Positions 10,201 through 18,169 of a DNA stretch of 36,272 bases are shown piece after piece. This DNA comes from an uncultured Caldilineaceae bacterium (GTDB lineage: Bacteria > Chloroflexota > Anaerolineae > 4572-78 > J111), in assembly GCA_964638395.1 (NCBI GenBank), contig CAZWZZ010000001.1, positions 17,450 to 53,721 on the forward strand, given 5' to 3'. The notes below the pieces were generated by a model that saw only the letters and a list, made by a program, of their open reading frames with translations, made no database searches and was not told the origin of the DNA. How positions within the stretch are numbered: the first letter of the stretch is position 1; each line of letters begins with the position of its first letter. The position numbers were made by a program, and so were the translations under genes.

Positions 10201-10480
10201 TGCGCCCCCACAACTTTCGGTGGTGACCTTTAAATTAGAGCCTACCGACTTTGATGTTTCTGACGAAGAACTGGATCAGCTTAATAAAAATTTCTTAGAT
10301 GCCATTAACCGGCGAGGGAATATTTTTCTTTCACCGTTTAAGTCCAAAGATAACGTCATCGGAGAATTTGCGCTACGCATGGCTATACTCTCCCATCGAA
10401 CAAAGCAGGAGCATCTCCGGCAAGGCGTCAGCGACATTCAATCAGCCGTAGAGGAAACATTATCGGGTTCGCAATGTTGA
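7229..10480 (+). CDS. Tri-domain protein: HNMT-like N-methyltransferase + class-I SAM methyltransferase + group-II PLP-dependent amino-acid decarboxylase
   Basis: Domain 1: ILSVGSGEGDIDIEII...LEPN...YDVVLLIHVLYYFDD (histamine-N-methyltransferase-like pattern). Domain 2: IRVLDVGCGTGRWL (motif I, nt ~8190-8230). Domain 3: HVDAAYGGF and LDPHKSLFLPYGTGG (PLP-Lys, nt ~9888) of DOPA/Tyr/His/DABA decarboxylases. ATG 7229 has an ACGGAGG SD; the track start at 7199 is TTG. Confidence 0.75.
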   Translation: MDKEYAIAPKLDIDGGAYAEFYVLRKNASTMTQATIEWFHNHVDVWLREVTHENESHLPAILSVGSGEGDIDIEIIKAIQPYLGSKKLKYDALEPNLRHYERFLDRINRMPLDASLSLAIYNVYFDQFSTNQQYDVVLLIHVLYYFDDPYQAIRQALRYTKPGGRVVIIHQSSTGIPEIQRKHMYKLKSNVDELFTTDDIKKSLDNGGEQYRFFNIDAHLEVTECLKRSEVGLKIMSFCMECDLSQIDKLRLNLLAQSFSDLAVSRGNGKSFIYEPLGAFIVDNPKTKRLPQDRDCVEDYRQLAQKFEWSKTFLDKKNSNIRVLDVGCGTGRWLQAFLMYVTPQLPNLEILYDLVDPSEQAMSQALVKIEHPLKIGHQYIDTIQQARLDQSRYDIIWSMHAFYAIPRPDLPHVLGKISNHLNDQGQAFIAQATKKSFYVRFYDKFLETFHCNEAGFTSAEDIVAALNMLGLEYQVYAISYDECIAEEDLIALEHYIMKESASNSFRWEDVSAQEANREVGLQDVLNDPSLGAYLRSFIKESMYCFTQEIWLISFGKKENGANHFHNNHKQSFDYLDKNKQNSVVDPLLPDETEMRQLVDTAMKFIVQCQLDTAKFPLNGSGFKWVHTDDFNREYEDMLTLAKTVEAPLPEDGEPHFEKILHDLFFRLTPYSTNDNSGGYLAYVPGGGLFHAALADFISLSLNRYVTMFMAAPGLAAIEEQVIRWLCDIVGFSNEAGGVITSGGSTATFVAIHTARTDKLSNKELLNGVAYMSDQTHLCVEQGLHLCGFSKQNIRKIPVDSNFRIRTDLLAQTIEQDRAAGLHPFLLVANAGTANTGAVDNLLQTARIARNYNLWFHVDAAYGGFFLLTKQGQTLMKGIEQADSLVLDPHKSLFLPYGTGGLLVNDKTKLLNAFTFTGSYLPPTQKQKATDPLLDDIMNLSQEVSRDFRGFRIWLPLKMLGVKPFREQLEEKLKLTRWVTDQLQQIPNLRIVAPPQLSVVTFKLEPTDFDVSDEELDQLNKNFLDAINRRGNIFLSPFKSKDNVIGEFALRMAILSHRTKQEHLRQGVSDIQSAVEETLSGSQC

Positions 10481-10504
10481 CTTTAATCGTTCGGGAATAA
10501 ATTT

Positions 10505-11871
10505 ATGGCTTTTACAGGCATTTTAGCGACCGGCGGCATCGTCTATGTTGGCCTAAAAACCTACCGGCGTCTGTCTAAAAAACAGAATTTATTATATCAG
10601 TCGTTAACAGAGGAAGAGGCTCAAACATCTCTGGCTACTTCTACCAGGCATACAATGGCCTCAGCAGAAATGAGTCAGGATCATGTAGACCCGCTTGCCC
10701 AACGGCGGGCAACCAACCATTACCTGGCGGCTTCTTCGGTTGGCCTGGGGTTGGCTCTGGTCGGGGCTGTTGGGTATCCTCTGGTCAGTCTGCTCAGCGT
10801 GCCGGTTTCGCTCTATGCGTATGGTGATATTTTGCGAGCCGGCTACCACGCTCTGTTCAAAGAACGACGTCTACGAGCCGCCGTGCTTGATTCTATCATC
10901 ACCTTTGGGTTAGTTATATCGGGCTACTACATCGCCACGGCTCTATCAAACTGCGTCTATTTCTTGGGAGTCCGGTTGTTGTTGCAAACTGAGGATGCCT
11001 CTCGCCAAAGCCTGACAAATTTATTTGGTGAACAACCACGCCTCGTCTGGCGACTCGTCGATGGCGCGGAAGTGGCCACCCCGTTTGAGGCGATTCAACG
11101 GGGCGATGTGGTCGTGGTTAATGCCGGGGAGATGATTCCGGTCGATGGCCGGATTGTGCAGGGTATCGCCTCGGTTGACCAGCAGAAATTGACGGGCGAA
11201 TCCCAACCCGTTGACAAAACGCCGGGAGACCACGTTTTGGCAGCGACGCTCGTTTTGGCCGGTCAACTCTATATCGAGGTGGAAAAGGCCGGGACGGAAA
11301 CCATTGCTGCTCAAATCGGCGAGATTTTAAGCCGCACCGCAGATTTCAAAGCAACCATCGAGGCCCGGAGCCAACAGATTGCTGACAAATCTGTTTTACC
11401 AACCCTTGGGGCCGGGCTGTTGGCCTTGTTGACCTTAAATCCCATTAAGGCCATAGCCACCATCTCCGCTAATTATTCGGAGATACTCCGCATCGCCGGG
11501 CCGTTGGGGATGTTGAATTTTCTGCACCTGGCGACCGAGAACGGTATCTTGGTTAAGGATGGTCGCTCCCTGGAACTACTCACCGAGATCGATACGGTGG
11601 TTTTTGACAAAACCGGGACATTGACGTTGGAGCAACCGTCGGTGGGCCAAATTCATTGCTGTGCTGACTTATCGGCCGATGAGGTGCTGGTCTATGCCGC
11701 CACCGCCGAATACCGGCAAACGCATCCCATCGCCAGGGCAATTCTACAGGCGGCGCCGGTGTGGCCAACGCCATGCTGCCTCGGCTAAACCGCCACCGGC
11801 TGCTGGCCGCGCCGGATAATTCTCAGCAAGTTTCACTTGTACCAAATAATGCGGAGAAAATCAAAATTTGA
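10505..11871 (+). pseudogene. P1B-like ATPase paralogue 2, internally deleted and frameshifted
   Basis: Collinear with paralogue 4 through TGES, DKTGTLT and AEYRQTHPIARAILQAA (nt ~11750). It then jumps out of frame to the last ~38 codons (AGVANAMLPRLNRHRLLAAPDNSQQVSLVPNNAEKIKI*, ending 11871). The hinge GDGINDA, ISGD and the C-terminal TMs are missing. The in-frame reading stops at 11788. Confidence 0.85.
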
Positions 11872-12042
11872 CCTCAACTCACACCAAAGAAATCGCCGTG
11901 ATTGGATTAGGCTGTCGATTTCCGGGTGGTGTGAAAGGGAGTTGCTAACTGTCGGAAAATTTCCGCTGTTGTGTACTACTGCTTATATATCAGGAAGAAA
12001 ACAAAATGAATGATGCAGTCCGCTTAGAAGATAATAAAATAA
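11794..12042 (+). repeat. 249-bp direct repeat, copy A (identical to 20201..20449)
   Basis: Base-by-base comparison of the two stretches shows no mismatch. The ~35 bp upstream are similar but not identical. Identity ends abruptly at 12042/20449. Confidence 0.95.
11868..11948 (+). pseudogene. Remnant of a type-I polyketide ketosynthase 5' end (copy A)
   Basis: TTG-initiated 26 codons (M)TSTHTKEIAVIGLGCRFPGGVKGSC*. EIAVIGLGCRFPGG matches the conserved N-terminal KS motif IAI[IV]G[ML][GS]CR[FL]PG[GA]. The TTG overlaps the ATPase stop (TTGA). Confidence 0.55.
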
Positions 12043-12830
12043 CCAGGCAACATTGGTGGACACGTGACGATTTACAATATAAAGATGGTCATCTCAACTT
12101 TGCCGGACAGGATATGGTGACGGTTGTCAACTCAACTGAAACGCCGGTCTATTTTTATAGTTCTGCCCGTGTTCAGCAGAATATCCAGCGCAAGTTAATG
12201 GCGATGGTCAAAGGGGATTTGCTTGAATGGGGGCCAGCTAATATTCAGTGTCGGGGGTTACAAGATGGCACGTTGAATCTGATATTACGGCATCGGTTTG
12301 AAATGGAGCTGGCCCAATATCAAACCAGCCCCGATTTACGGGTTAGCTTTCGGGAACAGATTGCCGAGCTACGGCAGGAGAACAACTCGTTGCGAGGTAA
12401 GTTGGCCCACGTAACGGGGAAGATGGCGGAGTACCAGCTGGCCAATGCGTTTCGCAGCCGGAAACGCTTTAAGCCGGTTGATTTTTTTGAATTTGCTTCT
12501 CCCTCTGAACCTGTCGAAACAAAACTGAATTTCCTTGATGTGCAGACACGGATTATCATCCAGCGGGCTGATGGTAAGCGGATGGAGTTAGATATCGTGG
12601 CCGAGTCGAGTGAGGGGCCGGTACTGCTGGTGGAAGTTCGCAAACGGCAGGTGAAATCGAATGGGAATGATGTGGCCGATTTTCAAGAAAAGGTGGCGGT
12701 TTATCAAACCTTGCATCCGGGTCGCATCGTGTTGGCGGGGTTTCTCTCCCTTGGTGGGTTTACTGAAGATGCCCGGCAGTTGTGTGAGCAGTCGGGTATT
12801 GGCTGGAGTGAAGAGTTGCGATATTTTTAA
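12006..12830 (+). CDS. Chimeric ORF: decarboxylase-like N-terminal ~65 aa joined to a PD-(D/E)xK nuclease-like (DUF234-like) C-terminal module
   Basis: ITRQHWWTRDDLQYKDGHLNFAGQDMVTVVNSTETPVYFYSSARVQQNIQRKL parallels ITLWWERSDLCYQENRLTFAGQDVAAIAQQSGIPTFLYNAHRVAHNLRRL of the next gene, but the PLP-binding barrel never follows. The C-terminus (ELDIVAESSEGPVLLVEVRKRQ...FLSLGGFTEDA) resembles the nuclease-fold tails of archaeal-type ATPases. Possibly non-functional. Confidence 0.45.
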   Translation: MNDAVRLEDNKITRQHWWTRDDLQYKDGHLNFAGQDMVTVVNSTETPVYFYSSARVQQNIQRKLMAMVKGDLLEWGPANIQCRGLQDGTLNLILRHRFEMELAQYQTSPDLRVSFREQIAELRQENNSLRGKLAHVTGKMAEYQLANAFRSRKRFKPVDFFEFASPSEPVETKLNFLDVQTRIIIQRADGKRMELDIVAESSEGPVLLVEVRKRQVKSNGNDVADFQEKVAVYQTLHPGRIVLAGFLSLGGFTEDARQLCEQSGIGWSEELRYF

Positions 12831-12867
12831 GTAGCTGAAACTACCGTTTTTGTTTAAGGAGATCAAT

Positions 12868-14592
12868 GTGATTGATTCACAAAGTTTTTATCCCATGCAG
12901 TACCATACTGCTTTGACTGATTACCCTCAAAAAGATGATTTTGAGTTGGCGAACATTGATGACAAATGTGGTTCAGGTATTGTTACTCGGCGGAGTTTCA
13001 AACAAGGGCAACTTGTAGCCCGAATCAGCGGTGACATTGTTTCTCAGGTAAAGTTACATACACTCCAGATTAGTCCGGCACAACATCTCTTTGACCCTTA
13101 TTTTAGTGGTTATTTACTTCATTCTTGTCGACCAAATGCCATTCTTGATATGCAGGCTTTAGAAATTTGGGCTTTACGAGATATTCAAGCTGGTGAATTG
13201 TTAACCATAGATTACACAATGACGGAAGATATACTATCGAGACAATTTTCCTGTTTGTGTGAATCGCCTCAATGTCGACTATGGATTACTGGTCGCAAAG
13301 AGATGATCAATGAAGCTGGTCGGCAATATCTTCAGATTAAGGATGAACCATTTAAGCCTCATCGTTTGCCCAACATAACGTTATGGTGGGAACGGTCTGA
13401 TTTATGTTATCAAGAAAACAGGCTGACCTTTGCTGGTCAGGATGTCGCCGCAATCGCCCAACAGAGTGGGATACCTACTTTTCTGTACAATGCTCACCGA
13501 GTAGCCCACAACTTGCGACGACTGACCGTGGCATTAGGGCAGGCAAACATTGTTCACAAAATATTTTATGCTATCAAAGCCAATCGGTTCATGCCGTTGT
13601 TGACCTATATTAAATCAACCCAATTGTGTGGTGTGGATGTTTGTTCGCCCCAGGAAATACAGTTGGCCTTGGCTTGTGGTTTTGAGGAGAAGGAGATTTC
13701 CTACACCGGTTGCTCCGTTTCTGACCAAGATATAGATATAATCTTGCGCTACCCAATGTTACTGATTAATTGTGATTCTTTAAGTATGATACGTCGAATT
13801 GGTGAACGGACTCCCGGACGGTCTATCGGTCTACGGATTAATCCGGCAATGGGCGTTGGCTATGGTGACAATGCATTGTTACAGTATAGTGGCTCTCAAA
13901 CCAGTAAATTTGGCATTTATCGAGAGCAGTTTGCAGAAGCATTGGCTTTGTGTCATCAATATGGTCTGCTTGTTGAGCGGATCCATTTTCATAGCGGTTG
14001 TGGATATCTCAATAATCAATTGGCGACTTGGGATAAAATCTTACACAATTGTCGCTGGTTTTTGGATCAAGTACCTAGTTTGAAAGCGATTAATATTGGC
14101 GGTGGTTTAGGTGTGCCCCATGTAAACAGTGACTCGCCACTCGACCTCTCAGCTTGGGTCGAGATTATTCAACGCAATTTTTCCTCCTACAAGGTTGAAA
14201 TTCAGGTCGAACCGGGCGATTACATCGTCAAAGATGCTGGAATGTTGGTTTTACAAATTAATATGGTGGAAAAGAAGCGAGACAAATGGTTTGTAGGGGT
14301 CAATGGTGGTTTTAATTTAGCCGTAGAACCGTTCTTTTATAACTTGCCTTGTGAACCAGCGGTCTGTGTTCTGGCAGATGACGCCGCTAAATCGCTTGCT
14401 CCGCAGAGTCTCAAGCCCGTAACAATTGCCGGGAATATCAACGAAGCATTGGATATTTGGTATGACAATTTCCCGCTCCCGCCTGTGAAAGAAGGCGATT
14501 ATCTGGCCTTTATTAACGCCGGAGGCTACGCTACTGCCATGAGTTCCAACCATTGTTTGCGAGGAACTTTCACAGAACAGTTGTTAGTTTAG
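12868..14592 (+). CDS. SET-domain methyltransferase fused to an Orn/DAP/Arg-family (fold-type III) PLP decarboxylase
   Basis: SET: CGSGIVTRRSFKQGQLVARISG, LLHSCRPNA (NHSCxPN), ELLTIDY, post-SET CLCESPQC. Decarboxylase: FYAIKANRF (PLP-Lys), HFHSGCGY, GGGLGVP, EPGDYIVKDAG, NAGGYATAMSSNHCLRG. GTG 12868 lies 6 nt after AAGGAG; ATG 12895 is an alternative start. Confidence 0.8.
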   Translation: MIDSQSFYPMQYHTALTDYPQKDDFELANIDDKCGSGIVTRRSFKQGQLVARISGDIVSQVKLHTLQISPAQHLFDPYFSGYLLHSCRPNAILDMQALEIWALRDIQAGELLTIDYTMTEDILSRQFSCLCESPQCRLWITGRKEMINEAGRQYLQIKDEPFKPHRLPNITLWWERSDLCYQENRLTFAGQDVAAIAQQSGIPTFLYNAHRVAHNLRRLTVALGQANIVHKIFYAIKANRFMPLLTYIKSTQLCGVDVCSPQEIQLALACGFEEKEISYTGCSVSDQDIDIILRYPMLLINCDSLSMIRRIGERTPGRSIGLRINPAMGVGYGDNALLQYSGSQTSKFGIYREQFAEALALCHQYGLLVERIHFHSGCGYLNNQLATWDKILHNCRWFLDQVPSLKAINIGGGLGVPHVNSDSPLDLSAWVEIIQRNFSSYKVEIQVEPGDYIVKDAGMLVLQINMVEKKRDKWFVGVNGGFNLAVEPFFYNLPCEPAVCVLADDAAKSLAPQSLKPVTIAGNINEALDIWYDNFPLPPVKEGDYLAFINAGGYATAMSSNHCLRGTFTEQLLV

Positions 14593-14638
14593 AGCGAAAC
14601 ACCTTATTATGAACCAACATTTTTGTTAGGGCAAGATT

Positions 14639-15023
14639 ATGTTAATAACTCTTTTAGCGGCTGGCGGTGCGGTTTATGTGGGCCTCAAAACCTACCACAC
14701 CCAGTCGAAAAAGCAGCCTTTATATCAGTCATTAGCAACAGACGATATCTTCTCTTGTTTCTTTTGACACGCAAATAAAGCCTGTCGTAGCGATGACAAA
14801 TGAGGATATGGCCTCACTTAAACAACGGCAAACTGTCAACCACTATTTAGCGGCCTCTTCGGCTGGTTTAGGAGTGGCGATTGTCGGTGCTATGGGCCAT
14901 CCTCTGATGAGTTTGCTGAGTGTACCGATTTCGGTATATGCTTATAGTGATATTTTACGAGCCGGTTATCAGGCGTTGTTTAAGGAACGGCGGTTGCGGG
15001 CTGCGGTTGTTGATTCGATGTAA
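14639..15023 (+). pseudogene. P1B-like ATPase paralogue 3: 5' fragment only, with frameshift
   Basis: 14639-14767 encodes MLITLLAAGGAVYVGLKTYHTQSKKQPLYQSL...*, matching the paralogue 2 N-terminus MAFTGILATGGIVYVGLKTYRRLSKKQNLLYQSL. In another frame, 14793-15023 encodes QTVNHYLAASSAGLGVAIVGAMGHPLMSLLSVPISVYAYSDILRAGYQALFKERRLRAAVVDSM*, which matches paralogue 2 and then stops. No actuator, P or N domain follows. Confidence 0.85.
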
Positions 15024-15257
15024 TACGCGAAGCATTTGGCTTTGTGCAAGTCAAATTAAATGTATAGAGGCTTTTTATACTTGTAACAAAGTTCGTTTTG
15101 GTCAGTTGGTCTGATTACCTAAGTAAAAAGCTCACCAACTTTTACATAAAAAGAAAATTTCGAGTTGTATGGTTGACGGTCTGTAAGGTCGGTTTTCCTG
15201 TTATCCGCACAGGTCGAAATTTTTGAATAGAAACCGAATTATCAAGGAGATATGTAA

Positions 15258-16526
15258 ATGCATGTAGAATCGACGGAACTGACGGTTCCAAAAGAAGAGT
15301 TGAACATTTCCACCCTCCATCATCGATTTATGGATAGTGATTATGTCCCTATTCGTTTTCTCTCAAGTACCCTGAATGAGTCAACGTGCTCTATTGAAGT
15401 AGATAGTATTTATCCAGAAAATTACACAAAATTAGATATAGACTCGATTTTCTCATTAAAAAAGAGGGGTGGTGAAAATACAGATGCTTTTACTGCCGTC
15501 CTCATTATTCCTACAGGGATTGATGCCCAAATAGGTGGACATTGCGGTGATGCTTCTGTCCTTGCTCGGTATATTGCCTCGGCGTGCGATACATTAATTA
15601 CACATCCAAATGTCGTTAACGCTGCAGACTTCAATGAATTAACAGACAATACGCTCTATGTTGAAGGTAGCACGATTACCCGCTTGCTTATGGGACAAAT
15701 CGGCTTAAAAAAAGTACGCGCTAATAGAATGTGCGTTATCATGGATACAAGTCCAGATCGCTATATTAATACAGAAATTGTGAATGCTGTCTCGACGGCT
15801 CGAATGACATTGGGGCTAGATTGTGATGTTTTAGAAATCCCGGATTTGGCTCGCTATACGACGCAGTATTCCAGTTCTGGAAGAGTCATTGGTCAGATTA
15901 CGAATCTGGAACATCTCTTTCACGCAATAGAGAAGGTACAAGACGATTATGACACATTTGCGCTAACATCGTTTATCAATGTCCCTGAAGGTCTAGAGAT
16001 TACCTATTTCAAAGATGACACTATTATTAATCCTTGGGGGGGCATCGAAGCCATGCTTACCCATGCCTGCGTTGAACATTTTAAGAAACCATTTGCACAT
16101 TCTCCGATGGGAACAGTAAAAGAAGTATATGACAAAATTAAAGAGGTAGGCATTATTGATCCCAGAAAAGCATCTGAAACCGCGTCCATCACCTATTTGA
16201 ATTGTATCTTAAAAGGGCTGTATCGAACTCCGAAAATTGTTTCGTATGAGGATGGACTCAATGTGTCTGATGTATCCTGTGTCATCATACCGGATCAGTG
16301 TGTCGGGTTACCGGTATTAGCCTGTATTGAGCAAGATATTCCGATTATTGCCGTGAAAAACACAAACATCATGCGAAATGATGTCACTCAACTTCCGTGT
16401 CCTCCCAGAAAGTTTTTTAGAGCGAATAACTATCTTGAGGCTGTTGGCATCATGAATTGTCTTAAAAGCGGTATCGCTATTGATACCATTCAACGCCCCA
16501 TACCTGCGACAACATATTTTACCTAG
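15258..16526 (+). CDS. Conserved hypothetical protein, DUF3326-like
   Basis: IIPTGIDAQIGGHCGDASVLARYIASACDTLITHPNVVNAA resembles the PTGIGAxIGGxAGDA...HPNV signature I associate with DUF3326 proteins (family name from memory). AAGGAG SD upstream. Confidence 0.4.
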   Translation: MHVESTELTVPKEELNISTLHHRFMDSDYVPIRFLSSTLNESTCSIEVDSIYPENYTKLDIDSIFSLKKRGGENTDAFTAVLIIPTGIDAQIGGHCGDASVLARYIASACDTLITHPNVVNAADFNELTDNTLYVEGSTITRLLMGQIGLKKVRANRMCVIMDTSPDRYINTEIVNAVSTARMTLGLDCDVLEIPDLARYTTQYSSSGRVIGQITNLEHLFHAIEKVQDDYDTFALTSFINVPEGLEITYFKDDTIINPWGGIEAMLTHACVEHFKKPFAHSPMGTVKEVYDKIKEVGIIDPRKASETASITYLNCILKGLYRTPKIVSYEDGLNVSDVSCVIIPDQCVGLPVLACIEQDIPIIAVKNTNIMRNDVTQLPCPPRKFFRANNYLEAVGIMNCLKSGIAIDTIQRPIPATTYFT

Positions 16527-16594
16527 TGATGTACAAGCTTTATAAGAGCTATTCATTAATCCATTAATTCCGTTCACCACCAAAGATAAAACAG

Positions 16595-16631
16595 GGAGTC
16601 GGGAATTAGAGGCAATCTGACTCCCGACTCC
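16595..16631 (+). other. Hairpin (10-bp stem GGAGTCGGGA / TCCCGACTCC, 17-nt loop) between two genes
   Basis: Perfect inverted repeat read directly from the sequence, with no downstream T-tract. Possibly an attenuator, an RNA-processing site or a weak terminator. Confidence 0.25.
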
Positions 16632-16665
16632 GATTTACAGAGAAGCAAGCTACTGGAATTGAGAT

Positions 16666-18156
16666 ATGGATCGAAAAATGAACAAACAAGACCAGATACC
16701 AATCTTAGAGAATTTGGTTCAATGTAGTAATTACGACGGCCTACAGTTTTATTTTCCCGGTCATAAGCAAGGTCGTTTTTTTTCAGACAAGCTAAAACAA
16801 ATCTTGGGTCAGCACACATTAGCCATCGATCTCCCTTCAATTGATGGAGAAACCGACAATACGTTTCATTCTGAGGGATGTATCAAGCTGGCCCAAGAAC
16901 TAACTGCCGAGTTGTACGGAGCGACTCACACTCGTTTTTTGGTTCATGGGGCCACAAGTGGAGTTATTACAGCCATTATGACGGCTGTTTCTCCCAACCA
17001 AGCCATCTTATTACCTCGTAATATTCATCGTTCCGTTGTATCAGGGCTAGTTCTTTCTGGATCCCGCCCAGTATACCTAATGCCCCAATCCCACCCTATG
17101 TCTATGTATAGTGCCTTATCTGTTTCGGTTGACCAAGTGAGGCAAGCATTTGAACAACATTCGGACCTGGGGGCAATGCTACTTACCCGACCAACCTACT
17201 ATGGTATTGCTAATAACAACATCAAAGAAATTGCTCAAATCTGCCACGACCATAATTGCCCTTTAATTGTTGACGAATCTCACGGGAGCCACCTTCAATT
17301 CTTACCAGAGGGCTATCCGACATCAGCACTGAAACTATTAGCTGATGTTGTCATTCAAAGCCCTCATAAAACACTCGGCTCCCTGAGTGGCACTGCCCAA
17401 CTTCATATTGGACACAATGCTTTAATTGATATAGACCGCTTGCAACTCATGCTGAATACCTTACAGAGTACTAGCCCCAACTATATTCTCCTGGCCTCCC
17501 TTGATGCAACTCGACACATGATGTGGCAACAAGGTCGCCACTTGTTTGCTAAAACAGTTAAACAGGTGGAAGCATTGCGAGACCAAATTGAGGCTATACA
17601 TGGGATGACATGTGCTCTCCTTGACCCAAGATTAGCCGAACAAGGGTATCAGGCTGATCCCTTGCGGTTGGTGGTCAACTTTAGTGAGATGAATCTGTCA
17701 GGGTTTACGGCCGCAGAAATTTTAGAAAAAGAATATGGGATCCGTTGGGAAATGCGTGATCACCATAACATTATCCTTGTACTTAGCCCTCAAGATGGTG
17801 TAGCAATGTATAAGCAATTGGTAGCGGCTTTACAGGCCTTGGCTAACAAATATTCTTCAACAGTCGAAACAAGTGCTCCTAAATATGATGTAATTGAAAC
17901 TATCCCCTTACCTATATTAGAACTTCTACCTAGAGAAGCCGTTTTTAGCCATAAAGCTGTGGTTCCCTTTAACCAAGCCCACGCTAAAATTTGTGGAGAG
18001 ATAGTGACTACTTACCCGCCAGGGATTCCAATTCTCTGTCCGGGCGAAGTAATATCAAAAGAGATTATTGAGTTTTGTCTATTTCTTAAAGCCCAACAAG
18101 CTGATATTTACGCTACGGATTCTTCACTAGAATCGTTTGTTGTTGTTGACCAATGA
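16666..18156 (+). CDS. Orn/Lys/Arg decarboxylase family (fold-type I PLP enzyme, SpeA/YaaO-like)
   Basis: FYFPGHKQG at the N-terminus and VIQSPHKTLGSLSGTA (S-x-HK PLP-lysine) are typical of the OKR_DC_1 major domain. The ~490-aa size fits. Confidence 0.75.
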   Translation: MDRKMNKQDQIPILENLVQCSNYDGLQFYFPGHKQGRFFSDKLKQILGQHTLAIDLPSIDGETDNTFHSEGCIKLAQELTAELYGATHTRFLVHGATSGVITAIMTAVSPNQAILLPRNIHRSVVSGLVLSGSRPVYLMPQSHPMSMYSALSVSVDQVRQAFEQHSDLGAMLLTRPTYYGIANNNIKEIAQICHDHNCPLIVDESHGSHLQFLPEGYPTSALKLLADVVIQSPHKTLGSLSGTAQLHIGHNALIDIDRLQLMLNTLQSTSPNYILLASLDATRHMMWQQGRHLFAKTVKQVEALRDQIEAIHGMTCALLDPRLAEQGYQADPLRLVVNFSEMNLSGFTAAEILEKEYGIRWEMRDHHNIILVLSPQDGVAMYKQLVAALQALANKYSSTVETSAPKYDVIETIPLPILELLPREAVFSHKAVVPFNQAHAKICGEIVTTYPPGIPILCPGEVISKEIIEFCLFLKAQQADIYATDSSLESFVVVDQ

Positions 18157-18169
18157 TGTAATAGGACAC

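Noticed and set aside
14920-15114. 64-aa ORF spanning the end of the ATPase 3 fragment
   Set aside because: It is off-frame over a pseudogene and runs into non-coding AT-rich spacer, with no SD and no motif.
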